A stretch of DNA of 64,000 nt from Octopus sinensis (Eukaryota): assembly GCF_006345805.1 (NCBI RefSeq), contig NC_043008.1, forward strand, positions 73,780,001 to 73,844,000. Reading direction: 5' to 3'. This document shows positions 53,154-64,000 of the stretch, one piece after another. How positions within the stretch are numbered: position 1 is the stretch's first letter; each line of letters begins with the position of its first letter. The notes beneath the pieces were generated by a model that was not told the DNA's origin, ran no database searches, and saw only the letters and a list, made by a program, of their open reading frames with translations. A program made the translations under genes and the position numbers.

Positions 53154-55189
53154 CGTATATAATTTCTTCCCCACCCTCTTCATTTCGTCTTTCACCTTCT
53201 GTTTCATCTTCGAACCACCTCATTCTTCACCTCTTCGTTAAACCTCTCCTTTGTCTCCTTTCTCTATTCTTTGGTTTTCGTCTGACATCCACTCCAATGA
53301 ATATTTTATCCTTTTCTACTAAATCTATGCAATTACTATATTATCTTGATAGAGTTAGAATTATTAATAACAGAATAAACTTTCTATTTTCCAGGGATAT
53401 TCTGCTTATTCTACCAAATAGGAATTATTGAACATATATCTTGCCCAATACACATTTTGCAGGCCCAATTCCATACGGAAAAAATATTATTAATGTAAAC
53501 TTTACTAGTACATTATCCTGTTTCAGTGTAGACATCCAGGGACACCGATATTTAATAATTTTCTCCCAAACAGAATCTAACACGGGCTACGACAGTAAGA
53601 CAGCAAATCTAGTCATGTTTATTCATTTGTTTAAATCATGCATGATATTCATTTGGTCCTTGTGCCACGAAACCATATGAAGTATATTCCAAAGTTGTGA
53701 AAAAAGCAGCACTGCATCGGATTTGTAATTACATCAAACTTATGCTTTAAAAATATAACTTCAATTAAGCTTTTGAAAATATAACTTTAGTTCTGTATTT
53801 TGAAATTTTAAGTTAGGACGCAGTTAAAACATTTAATACGGTGAAAATTTAAAAGGTTTGCCAGAAATAAGCTATTTGAAAAGAAACAAAGAATGAAAAA
53901 TATTTTAATTACCGACGTGGAAGGGAGACAACTCCAGGAATATTGAGGTATTTTGCGATTTCATTCGTGAAGAAAATGTATTTACCGAAGAGATGTAAGA
54001 AACACTAACTACAGGATATTTTTCTTCTATATATATTTCTTCTCATACTACCAGTCTTCCGTTCAAGTTTGGGTACTCCTTTATACCTCAGCTAAATCGT
54101 TCGAGACTTAAGTATTATAGAATTTATTTACTGTATAAATAGACTTTGTAACATATTCGGTTGATAGTACAGAATTTATTGTAAAGTTTTCTGTGCTGGC
54201 ATTTCAATGTTCTTTATCGAAAACTTGGAATCTATCTGATTTATGTTCGATACTATCTGTTAATATGATAGGGTGAGTACAGTTCCAGCAGATAAAAGCA
54301 AGAATGTGTGTGTGTGTGTGTCTGTGTGTGTGCGTTTAAAGATTAGTTTGCAAGCACTATTAAAATGTGTGCACATATTGTTATTTATGTGCATGTGCGT
54401 GAGTGTGAATGAAAGTATGTATTTCGTGGACTTCGGTTCGAATGCAGTTTTTGAAGATTAAATAATTTCACAAAGAATTTCTACATTTTCATTCAGACGT
54501 ATTCCTTCATTCGTTTCTTTCTTCTGGCGATAGGTCTCATGGAAGCTGTAGATTATACAACCTACTAATGTCGCCACAGACTGGTTGGATTTATGCTTTT
54601 AACGTTATGCATGAACTGTTTCAGGAAGGACATATTATATGGAGGAAATTCAGCAAATGGACGTTCAGGGCAGCAAGGACTGCGTTTAGTGCGAGGCATA
54701 CGGAGTTGGATACAATATGGGTGAAATGAGCACAGGCTTTCTTTTAGAGAAGACCATATATTAGTTGTAGAGAAAGTGAGAGAGAGAGAAAAAGAGAGAG
54801 ACAGGGGAGTGATAGAGAGAGAGAGAGAGAGAGAGAAGTTGAGTGAGAAAAGGAAACAGAGAGAGAGGAAACTGCAAATGTAGTGACTAGAGGCTAGGTT
54901 GACTATATATGCTCTAAATGCTTTTTTCCTCGGCGTAGAATTAAATCTTAGGCTTGCAGTAGTAGCACAATCTCAGACGCTTATCAAATGATCTATTGCA
55001 AGTCTCAAATGAGCTGTATAGCGGGTTAGTAGTTGGTGATGTAGAATGTCTAATTTTACGGATAATAGATGGTTTAGAAAGAGATTTATCTGTACTCTGT
55101 ATAAATTAAATGCAAAACTAGCAACGAATGTTGAGAATTGCAGGCTTGAATCTCATACACTGGTATATCTATATATATTCGTTTCAATT

Positions 55190-55393
55190 TTTGATACAAG
55201 GCCAGCAAGTTCGAAGCGGGAGATAAGTCGATTACATCGACCCCAGTCCTTAATTCATATTTATTTCATTGACCTCGAAAGGATGTAAAGTAACGTCCAC
55301 TTCAGCCTGATCTTAACTCAGAATGGGAAGACAGACGAAATGCCGCTAAGCATTTTACCCAGCGTGCTAACGATTCTGTGAGCTAACCATATT
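55190..55393 (-). mobile_element. SINE family B copy
   Basis: aagtcgattacatcgaccccag..gacgaaatgccgctaagcattt..gtgctaacgattctg. Confidence 0.85.
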
Positions 55394-55516
55394 AAAAATA
55401 GCTATATATATATATATCCCCTATTTATGTTAGTTGAAATATTTTACATATTTCAACTAACCTGAATTGTGATTATACGTAAACAGTGCTTAGCGCATTT
55501 ACTCCGTTATGTATAT

Positions 55517-55589
<73 letters not shown>

Positions 55590-57189
55590 CAACATATGTC
55601 ACTTGGATGTACGAGTTCTATATTTGATAGGAATATAAATTTTAGCAGACGGATGTCTTGTATAATTAATTCACGGTCTTTCGCTAGTACTTACATAACT
55701 GATGCAGAATGATTTGTGTAAGACATTATTCGGGATACATTCGAATTCAGATCTTAAAGGGACCAAATTGGTATCGTTTTTGGCGCTCAATCATTTATAT
55801 TTTTCTTTGATATATAAATGGAACATTTATAGAGGAACGACCTACGAGGAATTGCAGATACTTCCTTCTCAAATCCCACTCGAATTTGAAAGGGCATAAT
55901 GTGGCAAGAAACAAGTTAATTTAACCTGTATGGGACAGTCAGTGAGCGAATGACAACACTAAAATGTCTTCTGAATCAAAACTAAACAGAATTTAAACAT
56001 AGATTCCATGACCCACCCAACTAACTAGAAGTGACAACTAAATGTCTTGCCATGGGAAAGATAGGCTACACTACGTAATGTGATTCTACATACATGCACC
56101 TTACGGAACGGACTGTCACAGCCAGAATATCTTTGACCATATGGTCGCTCAAAGAGATCAGATGTGATCTGGATTTAATAAGAACGATGACAGCACAAAG
56201 ACAAAAATGTAAACTGACAACAAACTTTGATCAAAATATCAGATGATTTGCAGTTAAGCCCGGATATATGATCCCGTCATAAATGTCTTATATAATCCTT
56301 TAAAGTCTTCCTCTTGGGTATGAGGCACAAAGAAAGGTCTGCCTTATTTTACTGCTGAATCACCTAATACTTCTTTTGTGCGTCTTAGTTCTGTTTTAAA
56401 ACCAATATAGTTTTATTTTTATTTTGCTTTTGATATAAATATTTACGGAGAGTAAATAAATTATAGGAAAGAAGATATTCTCAGAGGTCATTTCAAAGAC
56501 TCCAATATTTCATTATTTTACTGCTATGCCTCTGAACCTCGTCTTTGTAGTTTTGTTAATCCTTTGACCCATGTAACTTAAAACAGAAGACACTCTTGCA
56601 GTTCAAGATATTTAGTTTCTGCTATAAGTAGTGGACGAGTGAAAATTAAAACATTTTTCTTCTTATCTTATCTCTCTCTTATAAATGTCACCAAAAACAA
56701 ATGGCCGCTATCAGAATGTTCAGTTTTAAGAGAATAAATAACTCACATAGGCGTAAAGAGAAGAGTTATAGAGAAAGAGAAAGACAGAACTGGAGATTAC
56801 GATTGAGATGTGCTTAGTGGTGCAAATTTTGGTTTAAAGTTATATATTACTACTTATAAGGAGTTACGCTTCTTATAAATGAACCTTACAAAATATTCAC
56901 TCAGCAAATGTTCGACTACATAACAATATTTATCTGAACAGAGCATGAACACAATTCACAAAACTATGTTAATGTTTTGATATGAAGTGTATTGTTACAA
57001 GATGTTTCATCTACTTCATATAGTATTTCTATATTGTCTTAGATCTTTCGGACAAGTCATAGCTGAAAGAATTATTGATTATATTTTATCTGCAGGGTCT
57101 TGCGGAATGAGAGTGCCCATGACCTTTGCAAGCCCTCATAGACCGGTGAGATTAATCTCATTAAATATTCCTTTTGAATCTTTAAAATC

Positions 57190-57460
57190 AACACCTGCGG
57201 GTATGATATAAGCAGAGAGGGCATTCCTGAGTACAAGAGTCTAGGAAGGAATGACTAGGTGTGGTGATTAGTGTGTAGTCTAATGGCGGACACAACAAGA
57301 GACGAGAGAAATAGGAGAGACAAGTAGGACAGGAATGTTTGAGTAGAGGTAGATTGAGTACGGCAATATCGGAGGAGCAGAGTCCATTGTAGCAGCGGTA
57401 AAATGGCGGAGAGAAGAGATAGAATATCTGCATCAGAGGCTGAAGCGTTTTTAAGTGACT
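57190..57460 (-). mobile_element. CR1/Jockey-group LINE 3' fragment
   Basis: ORF 57188-57433: PFYRCYNGLCSSDIA resembles the LFYRYYNGxCSSE motif. Confidence 0.65.
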
Positions 57461-58122
57461 ATGCCAATCAGTCGAGAGGCCCTTTCATGAATGTAGAAGC
57501 AATACTTCATAAAAGTTCTCAAAAAGCGTTCGTAATATTTTCTCTCGTTTGGCTTAACAGCCCTTAATGTATGTGTCACTGTTGTTCTCCTTGTCCTGTC
57601 TTTTTACTGTTTATATTTTGTACTGTCTTTATTGTCCTGTTTTTGTTACCATTTTTACCCCTCCGCAAAAAAAACTCAAATTTTATTTAATTTGCCTTTT
57701 GCAGGAAGGAATGTTTCAACGAAATCGTGTCTCGAAACACGAAGTAGATGAAACAGAGGCGACTGAAGAAGAAGAATTTTCCTTGTGCTGTATGTCCTGT
57801 ACACTATTTCTTTCGTTGTTTAAGAAAATGTCCATTTCCTTGGTTTTGTGTTTGTGTTTTCGTTTCTCATTGTGTTCGAATTTTTTTTTTTTGGTGTCCT
57901 GTACCCATATATGCATGCATATATACATGTAGATGTAGGTACGTACATACATGTATGTAAATATGCATATGTTTTATTTATTAATTTGTTATTATATGAC
58001 GGAACGCACGCATCCATTTCTAAGTAAGTTTTCTCTCTTTCTCTCTCTCTCTTTCTCTCCCTGAGTTTCATCTTGGCTACCGAATAATTGTCACATATTA
58101 TTTTACAGATATATATATATAT

Positions 58123-58863
58123 ATATAGGTGTATAAAGGTTGAATGTGGATTCGTCCTTTAATTTGATGGTTTCCCCAAAAAGATTTATAAAGGTGATTC
58201 CTCATACTTTACTGGGAGTTTACAGGCGTAATTTTGCGAATATATGAAAGAAGCACTTGTATGTAATATATGGTGAATTTATGAAATGAAGTCCCATAAC
58301 ACTCATCAATTTAGTTAAAAATGGAGAAGACAAGTTGTTAAGATATATAAGAAGTTTAATTCTTGCAGACGATTGTTTCGATATAATAATAATATAAATT
58401 CATGATTAAATTAGATTAAATTAATTATATTAATTACATATCAACGTACTCTTCAAATATCTGTCGTAGCTGTTAGTTATGGTTATATATCCGACATGCC
58501 TCACACCTCTTTCTCACACGGATAAAATATGAATTTTCTAGCTTCAACTATCTTCTGCTATATTTTTTCTCAAGTTATTTGCATTATGGCTTTTACTTCC
58601 TGCACTGTACGAAACGATCGTCAATGATTAAACTTCTTATATATCTTAACAACTTATCTCCTCCAATTTTAACGAAATTGATGGGTGTTATGGGACTTCA
58701 TTCCATAAATTCACCATATATTATATACAAGTATTACTTTCATATCTTCGCAAATTTACGCTTGTAAACTCCCAGAAAATTATGAAGAATTAGCATTATA
58801 AATCTTTTTTTGAAACATCCAAATTAAAGGACGAATCCACATTCAACCTTTATTCACCTATAT
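58123..58863. repeat. Inverted repeat with arms of about 255 bp (58123-58380 and 58610-58863); inverted pLTR upstream of the PLE ORF
   Basis: Reverse complement of the left arm aligns along its length to the right arm (roughly 85% by eye); right arm begins with the HHR half GAAACGATCGTC. Confidence 0.85.
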
Positions 58864-58930
58864 TACCATTACAATTATTAATAACTTTTGTTAGCAATAA
58901 ATACTTGATTTCTAATAAATATAACACAAA

Positions 58931-60130
58931 ATGGAAAAGATTGAAATGGAAACATCGCTTAAGGACGTATATTTGCCTACTCGCAAAGAGTACATTATGG
59001 ATATCATAACTAAATTCCATGATCTCATCAGAAGAATGAAATGGAAGGCTCTGTTTTTTGAGAAAGAAAATTGTACGGAAGGAAAATTAAACAATAAAAC
59101 AAACGAAGAACTCATTAAAATTAGAAACAATTTTAAATCCTGGAAAGTCCACCCAGCTAATCGTATATTAGAAAATTTTGAAGACGACCTATGGAAACTA
59201 ATTAGAAATATTAAGTTTAAGAAAAACATTTTCAGGAATAAGCATCTACGTAATTTGAAGCATAAATTTGTCACTTCGAAAATTGATGGGTATCACCGTG
59301 CAGTCTGATAAAACCGGAAATCTATACAACGTAGATGTAGATCTATACATTAATCTCCTACACAAAAACATTACAAAAATATAAGATAATAAATAAAGAT
59401 GCTCTTAAATCTATTAATATTAAAGCCAAAGAAATAACGAGTTAACACAAAATTGACGACGTAACTGAAGTTTATGAATCATCTAGAGCTAGAATTAGCT
59501 TAAAAGACTACAGACCTAACTTTCACACCGATTCAAAGGTAAGGCTCACCCGCCTTTGTAAATCTGACCAAGAAAAACTAAGTAAACTTATTATAAACAA
59601 ATACTTGCAATTACTTAAATCCAAAATAAAACTCAGGCTGTGGTCAAAAACGCTAGATGCAATTAACTGGCTCAATAATCTACCGATAGGAAAAAACTGT
59701 AAATTCATCCAAGTGGACATAAACAACTATTACCAATGTATTAACCCCGTCTAACTAAATAAGGCACTTATCTTCACCAAGAATAGAACTAAATTATCAA
59801 TGAAAGAAATTAAAATCATGCTTGAAGCTAGAAAAACTGTAATTTTACATGAAGATAAATATTGGACAAGGAAAGATACACCAGACTGCTTCGATGTACC
59901 CATGACTATTTATTACCAAGGACTATCTATTACCATTGAAAACGATAACAACTCTGTTATTTTCCTTGACGTCAACTTCAATCTTGATCCACTCACCATC
60001 CTTACCATAAGCCTAACACAAATATAACATACATAAATGGACAAAGCAACCATCCAAATAACAGCCTGACCACCAACATTGAGAAAAGAATAAATCTACA
60101 ATCATCGAAAGAAGAAATATTTAACAAACA
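58931..60130 (+). mobile_element. PLE N-terminus plus reverse transcriptase pseudogene with internal deletion
   Basis: SLKDVYLP..LIRRMKWKALFF, DKTGNLY, ISLKDYRPNF, LWSKTLDAINW..FIQVDINNYYQCI, YWTRKD..FDVPM, then a jump to GLSITIE..VIFLDVNFNL and SNHP. Confidence 0.88.
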
Positions 60131-60141
60131 TAAAGGACGCG

Positions 60142-60238
60142 CTTCTCACAGTTTCCGTTTTCCAAATCCACTCACAAGACTTTGTGCGGCCCGAGGCTGA
60201 AGTAGACGACACTTGCCCAAGAGGCCATGCAATGAGAC
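60142..60238 (-). mobile_element. Partial SINE family A
   Basis: cagtttccgttttccaaatccactcacaagactttg..gacacttgcccaag. Confidence 0.75.
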
Positions 60239-60242
60239 GGAA

Positions 60243-60900
60243 GACAACGACGTACGTAGGGGAAATGGCACGGATCATAGGAGAGCGAGTAAATGGACTT
60301 TGGAGAGAACTTAAGGAAGAAAGGGGCTCATCGGTTCTGTACCAGCACGCCGAGCAGGAAAACGGGGCTCACTCAACAACATAGAAGTTAAAATTTTGTC
60401 CACACATAGAACAGACGCAACAATTAGACAAATTACAGAAGCTACACACATCATAGAAGATAAACCTAGCCTGAATAGGAAACTGGAATGGAACACTAGC
60501 ACACACACCCAATACACCACAATATATGACAGAATAAGATCCCCATAAACTGATAACGATATAAACAAAACTAAAAAAAATACAATATACAGATAAATAA
60601 ATGGATGTAAAATAATGAGTAGGTGTAAACACATGAACAAAATAAACAAAAACTAATTACACGAACGTGTATAAACAGGAGATACAAATATTATAGGCAC
60701 TCCCCCACACACTAACTAAACATAGACACACATAGGGGTATACACATGCGCAAATAAAGGCACATACAATAGGAATACAAAATACAAAATGGCTGACCGT
60801 TAGTAAGGAGAGACACACAAATAAGAAAGAAGAAAGCAAAGGACCACTGATGCAGTCACAGGAGTGTGATGAAAGAACTCTGGTAGAAATAAGATTAAGA
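60243..60900 (+). mobile_element. PLE GIY-YIG C-terminus plus 3' terminal repeat
   Basis: YVGEMARIIGER..SVLYQHAE, VKILSTH..IRQITEATHI..PSLNRKLEW; HHR-like fold near the 3' end. Confidence 0.75.
60843..60884 (+). ncRNA. Hammerhead-like fold with an A9-to-C core change
   Basis: ACCA-CTGATGC-A-GTCAC-aggagt-GTGAT-GAAA-G-aa-CTC-TGGT. Confidence 0.5.
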
Positions 60901-61036
60901 TTAATGTAAAAAATAAATAAAGCTGAGGCAAATTAACACCAAATATATAGTGCATGTGTTTTTATCGGCTAAACTGGCAAAATGACCATTACTAGATACA
61001 ACAATATATACATACATACATACATACATATATATA

Positions 61037-61088
<52 letters not shown>

Positions 61089-62149
61089 GTATGCATATAT
61101 AAGCATGTGTATATTTTTATATACATTATATATACATGCACATTCATATATATATGATATATTTGACTTGTGTGGTGGAAGAGCTGTACACAAGTGCTTA
61201 TTTCAAACTTTGGTGCCAAACTAAATGCGTACTACAGTGAGTCAGTTACTGTTGTGCTATTTATATAAACTTCCTAATGTTCCATGATAAATTTTACCCT
61301 GACAAGTTTAGAAATGTTAACGCAGGCACACGCAAATATATAGTCCGCTGATTTATGTGACTGCATATCAATATTTAAGATTTCTTTAATATAAAATCCA
61401 TTGCTGTAGGAACCGAAGTGGCAGTGTCCTGAGGAATTTAGATTCACCCAGAAGTGATGTTTTATATATATTTTTAGCGTTGTTAATTAGGAAACTATAC
61501 AAAATGCGTTATTGTAGGTTCCAACAAAAATAACAAATATCTATTTTATTCGATTAATGCGAATCTGACATCCGTCGACTAGGTTTCGTTTCGACGAAAA
61601 CTTGGTGCCTCTTTGTGTTTGAAACCATTTCACTTCCTGACATTTCAAAAGAAATCGGTGATGTATTAAATGTCATATTTCCCTACACTTCAAATAGCAA
61701 TAGATTTAATTAGTTGTATTGCAAATTGTGGAAAATAGCTTCTTTTGTTACTGATTCCCAATACACGGCTGCCTTTCTGACAATGATGGTGACAGGGAAA
61801 TATCTTTAACTCTGTATAAAACAAATATCACAAAGAATGTCGAACGAAATGCATGATTTTTTTCAATTTTTTAGTCGCTGTTTACATTAATTAGATACGT
61901 ACGTAAGTGAATGATATATATACACATGTAATATTTAAGGCTGTTACAAAACAAAGAACAGAGGATTTTGGCAGGATATAATCGCCTCTGTCCTTTATTC
62001 TGAGTATTGCACCTAAAGAAGAAGAATATTTACAATGGGAATTAAAAATTATCAACAATTTTTAGAAATGCACATTTTAAGCTGACCGCACAAACTTCAG
62101 CGCTCTCGTGCTAAAGGATCGTACTCTTGTGATTGCGTGATCGAGCTTT

Positions 62150-64000
62150 GATCTGGATAGCTTCAGTTTTCTTTCTTGTGTTACAGAGCAAACATGACCG
62201 TTCCACTGGCAGCGTACACCAAGGAAGAGCAGTAATATGACTTCTCTTTCTGAAGGTGTTTCAGGGGTTGAAACTCATCGCAAACTTCCAGCACAAAATG
62301 GTGTCAGCACGCTACTGCGTAGAAGTGATAAGAGTGGATTGAAAAGTCTCAAAATGGCCGGACAAGTGTGACTCAAGAAGAGCGAGTAGGACGTCCATCA
62401 ACTTCTACCATTGATGTGAATATGCAACAAGCTCTTGAAATAGTCCTGGCGAACTGACGAGTGACCATCGAGGAGGTGACTTGTTCTCTGTGAATTTCTC
62501 ATGGTTCTATTAGGTTGGGATCTAAGTTCCCACGGTTTTTTCTAAATCTAAAATTTTAAAAGGTTTAATAAAAAATAACAACTAATTAATCAATAATGTA
62601 TTCACCCTTGATGTTTACAACTTCTTCCCAACGTTCAACAAGATTTTCACTACATCGTTAGTAGAAATCAGCAGTTTTCAACTCGAAAAATTGATCCAAC
62701 CGAGCTCTCAATTCTGCATCAGTATTGAAAGAAACACCGCGCATAGCATTTGAAAGAGATCGGAAGAGGTGGAAATCCGTTGGTGCCAAATCAGGAGAGT
62801 CCGGCAGGTGTGGCAGCACTTCCCAGCCATGCGTTTGAATGGCTTCCTTGGCCATATTGCTGACATGAGGGCGAGCGTTGTCGTGCAGCACAAGAACTCC
62901 ATGCTGCCGATTAGGTCTTTTCTCTTGAATAGCCGTGTTGAGTCGTCCTATCTGTTGGAAGCGTTGACTGTTTGGTTCTGTTGAAGCAATTAGTAATGGA
63001 TAATTCCTTCCCAGCCCTGCCATATTGACAACATCGTTTTACGTGGATGAAAATCTTGTTTCACGTGGTGCCGCTTGTTTACCGGGACTAAGCCATTAGT
63101 TACGCTGCTTCATATTGATATGCAGGCACCATTTTTCGTCGCCAGTAACGATTTGGTAAAGAAATCGCTGCTTGTGTCCATGAGTTGAGCAGTGACGAGC
63201 AAGCAAACCAGCGGAGATTGTGGCTCGTTGATTTTTGTTGTTGTCACTTAAAGCATGCGGAACCCATGCTCCATACTTCTGAACCTTTCCCATCGAATGA
63301 AGATACTTCTCTATAGCATTCCATGTTCTCTGCCAGCACTTGTCGTTTGACGAAAATATTTAATCGCTCTTCATCGAACTCAACTGCACGGCCAGAACGA
63401 GGTGCGCTTTGAGGTCAAAATTTCCATGTTTGAACTTGGCATACCAATCACGAGCGATTCTTTCAGCTGCGGCACATTCTTCATACACAACACAAATGTC
63501 GCGAGCAGCTTTGCGGTCTTAGAACCTTGATTAAACGCTAAAAGAAGGTGGTGTCGAAGATGCTCGTTTTCTTAAGTTGGCATTCCATTTTAATGATCTG
63601 AAAATGAACAAAAATTAACTAAAATTAACTTGACCAAAAAACAAAACAAAACAAAATAGATTCCAAAGTGATTCAAAAATAGAATTTTCGAAAATAATAG
63701 TTTCCAAAATTTAAAAACACAATAAATTCCAAAGTTAAAAAAAAAAACGGTGGAAACTTAGTTGCCAACCCAATATATAAGAAATCATCCGGAATAAACT
63801 CCGCTTCTGTAAAGTGTATGTGAGAGGGTGCTAAGAGATTTTACTAAAGCGCATAAACACAGTCGTGTGGAGATCTAACAATGCTTACTCGACCGCAACA
63901 AAAATGAATGTGCATCTTTCAAGAGAGACTATTCACAGGAGATAAGAGCTAAGCTTATCACTGAGCTAGAATCCAAAAGGCCAAATATGGAGTTGAATTG
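62150..64000 (+). mobile_element. Older mariner (host), split by the insertion at 62510-63773; continues past the right edge
   Basis: Left part EWIEK..NGRTSVT.EERVGRPSTS..RVTIEEV..ISHGS joins in frame to EIIRNKLRFCKV..FTGD..ESKR after the insert is removed. Confidence 0.85.
62510..63773 (-). mobile_element. Full-length (1264 bp) mariner with both TIRs and TA TSD; transposase frameshifted
   Basis: TIRs TTAGGTTGGGATCTAAGTTCCCACGG and (reverse complement) TTGGGTTGGCAACTAAGTTTCCACCG; TA at 62508-09 and 63774-75; motifs PRSGR, IVTGDEKW, LHDNARPH, SPDLAPTDFHLFRSL. Confidence 0.93.

Noticed and set aside
54497-54730. 76-codon open frame after an acceptor-like site
   Set aside because: Another frame reads KDILYGG..GR, resembling an RTE LINE C-terminus, so it is more likely a LINE scrap
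61570-61610. ggtttcgtttcgacgaaaac, reminiscent of miR-981; also miR-71 and miR-184 seed-like strings at about 1897 and 27229
   Set aside because: Partial matches only; no precursor hairpin and no full mature sequence

Overview
AT-rich eukaryotic DNA dense in (TA)n/(CA)n/(GA)n microsatellites. From recalled SINE consensus sequences and repeat style it is most likely Octopus/coleoid cephalopod genomic DNA (inference, not a database result). I recognise no intact host protein-coding gene and no CRISPR or prokaryotic features; most listed ORFs (YIYI/HTHT/RERE types) are microsatellite artefacts. The window is a graveyard of decayed transposons: a Helitron RepHel, a hAT, four mariner and one Tc1-like remnant (one mariner nested in another), L1/Tx1, RTE and CR1-like LINE pieces, three tRNA-derived SINE families and at least six Penelope-like element (PLE) remnants. 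The main signal not shown by the ORF track is a set of type I hammerhead ribozyme (HHR) folds at PLE ends next to TA microsatellites. These include an inverted, near-identical pair with intact cores at 4787-4829 (-) and 5068-5110 (+). Other oddities: a 94-bp local copy-paste with a 17-bp target duplication that carries a signal-peptide-like sORF, a tRNA-Gln/SINE chimera, a six-copy SINE tandem array, an unexplained 76% GC island fused to a SINE tail, and a speculative signal-peptide exon with ATA at the start position. All alignments and folds were done by eye; boundaries of decayed elements are approximate.
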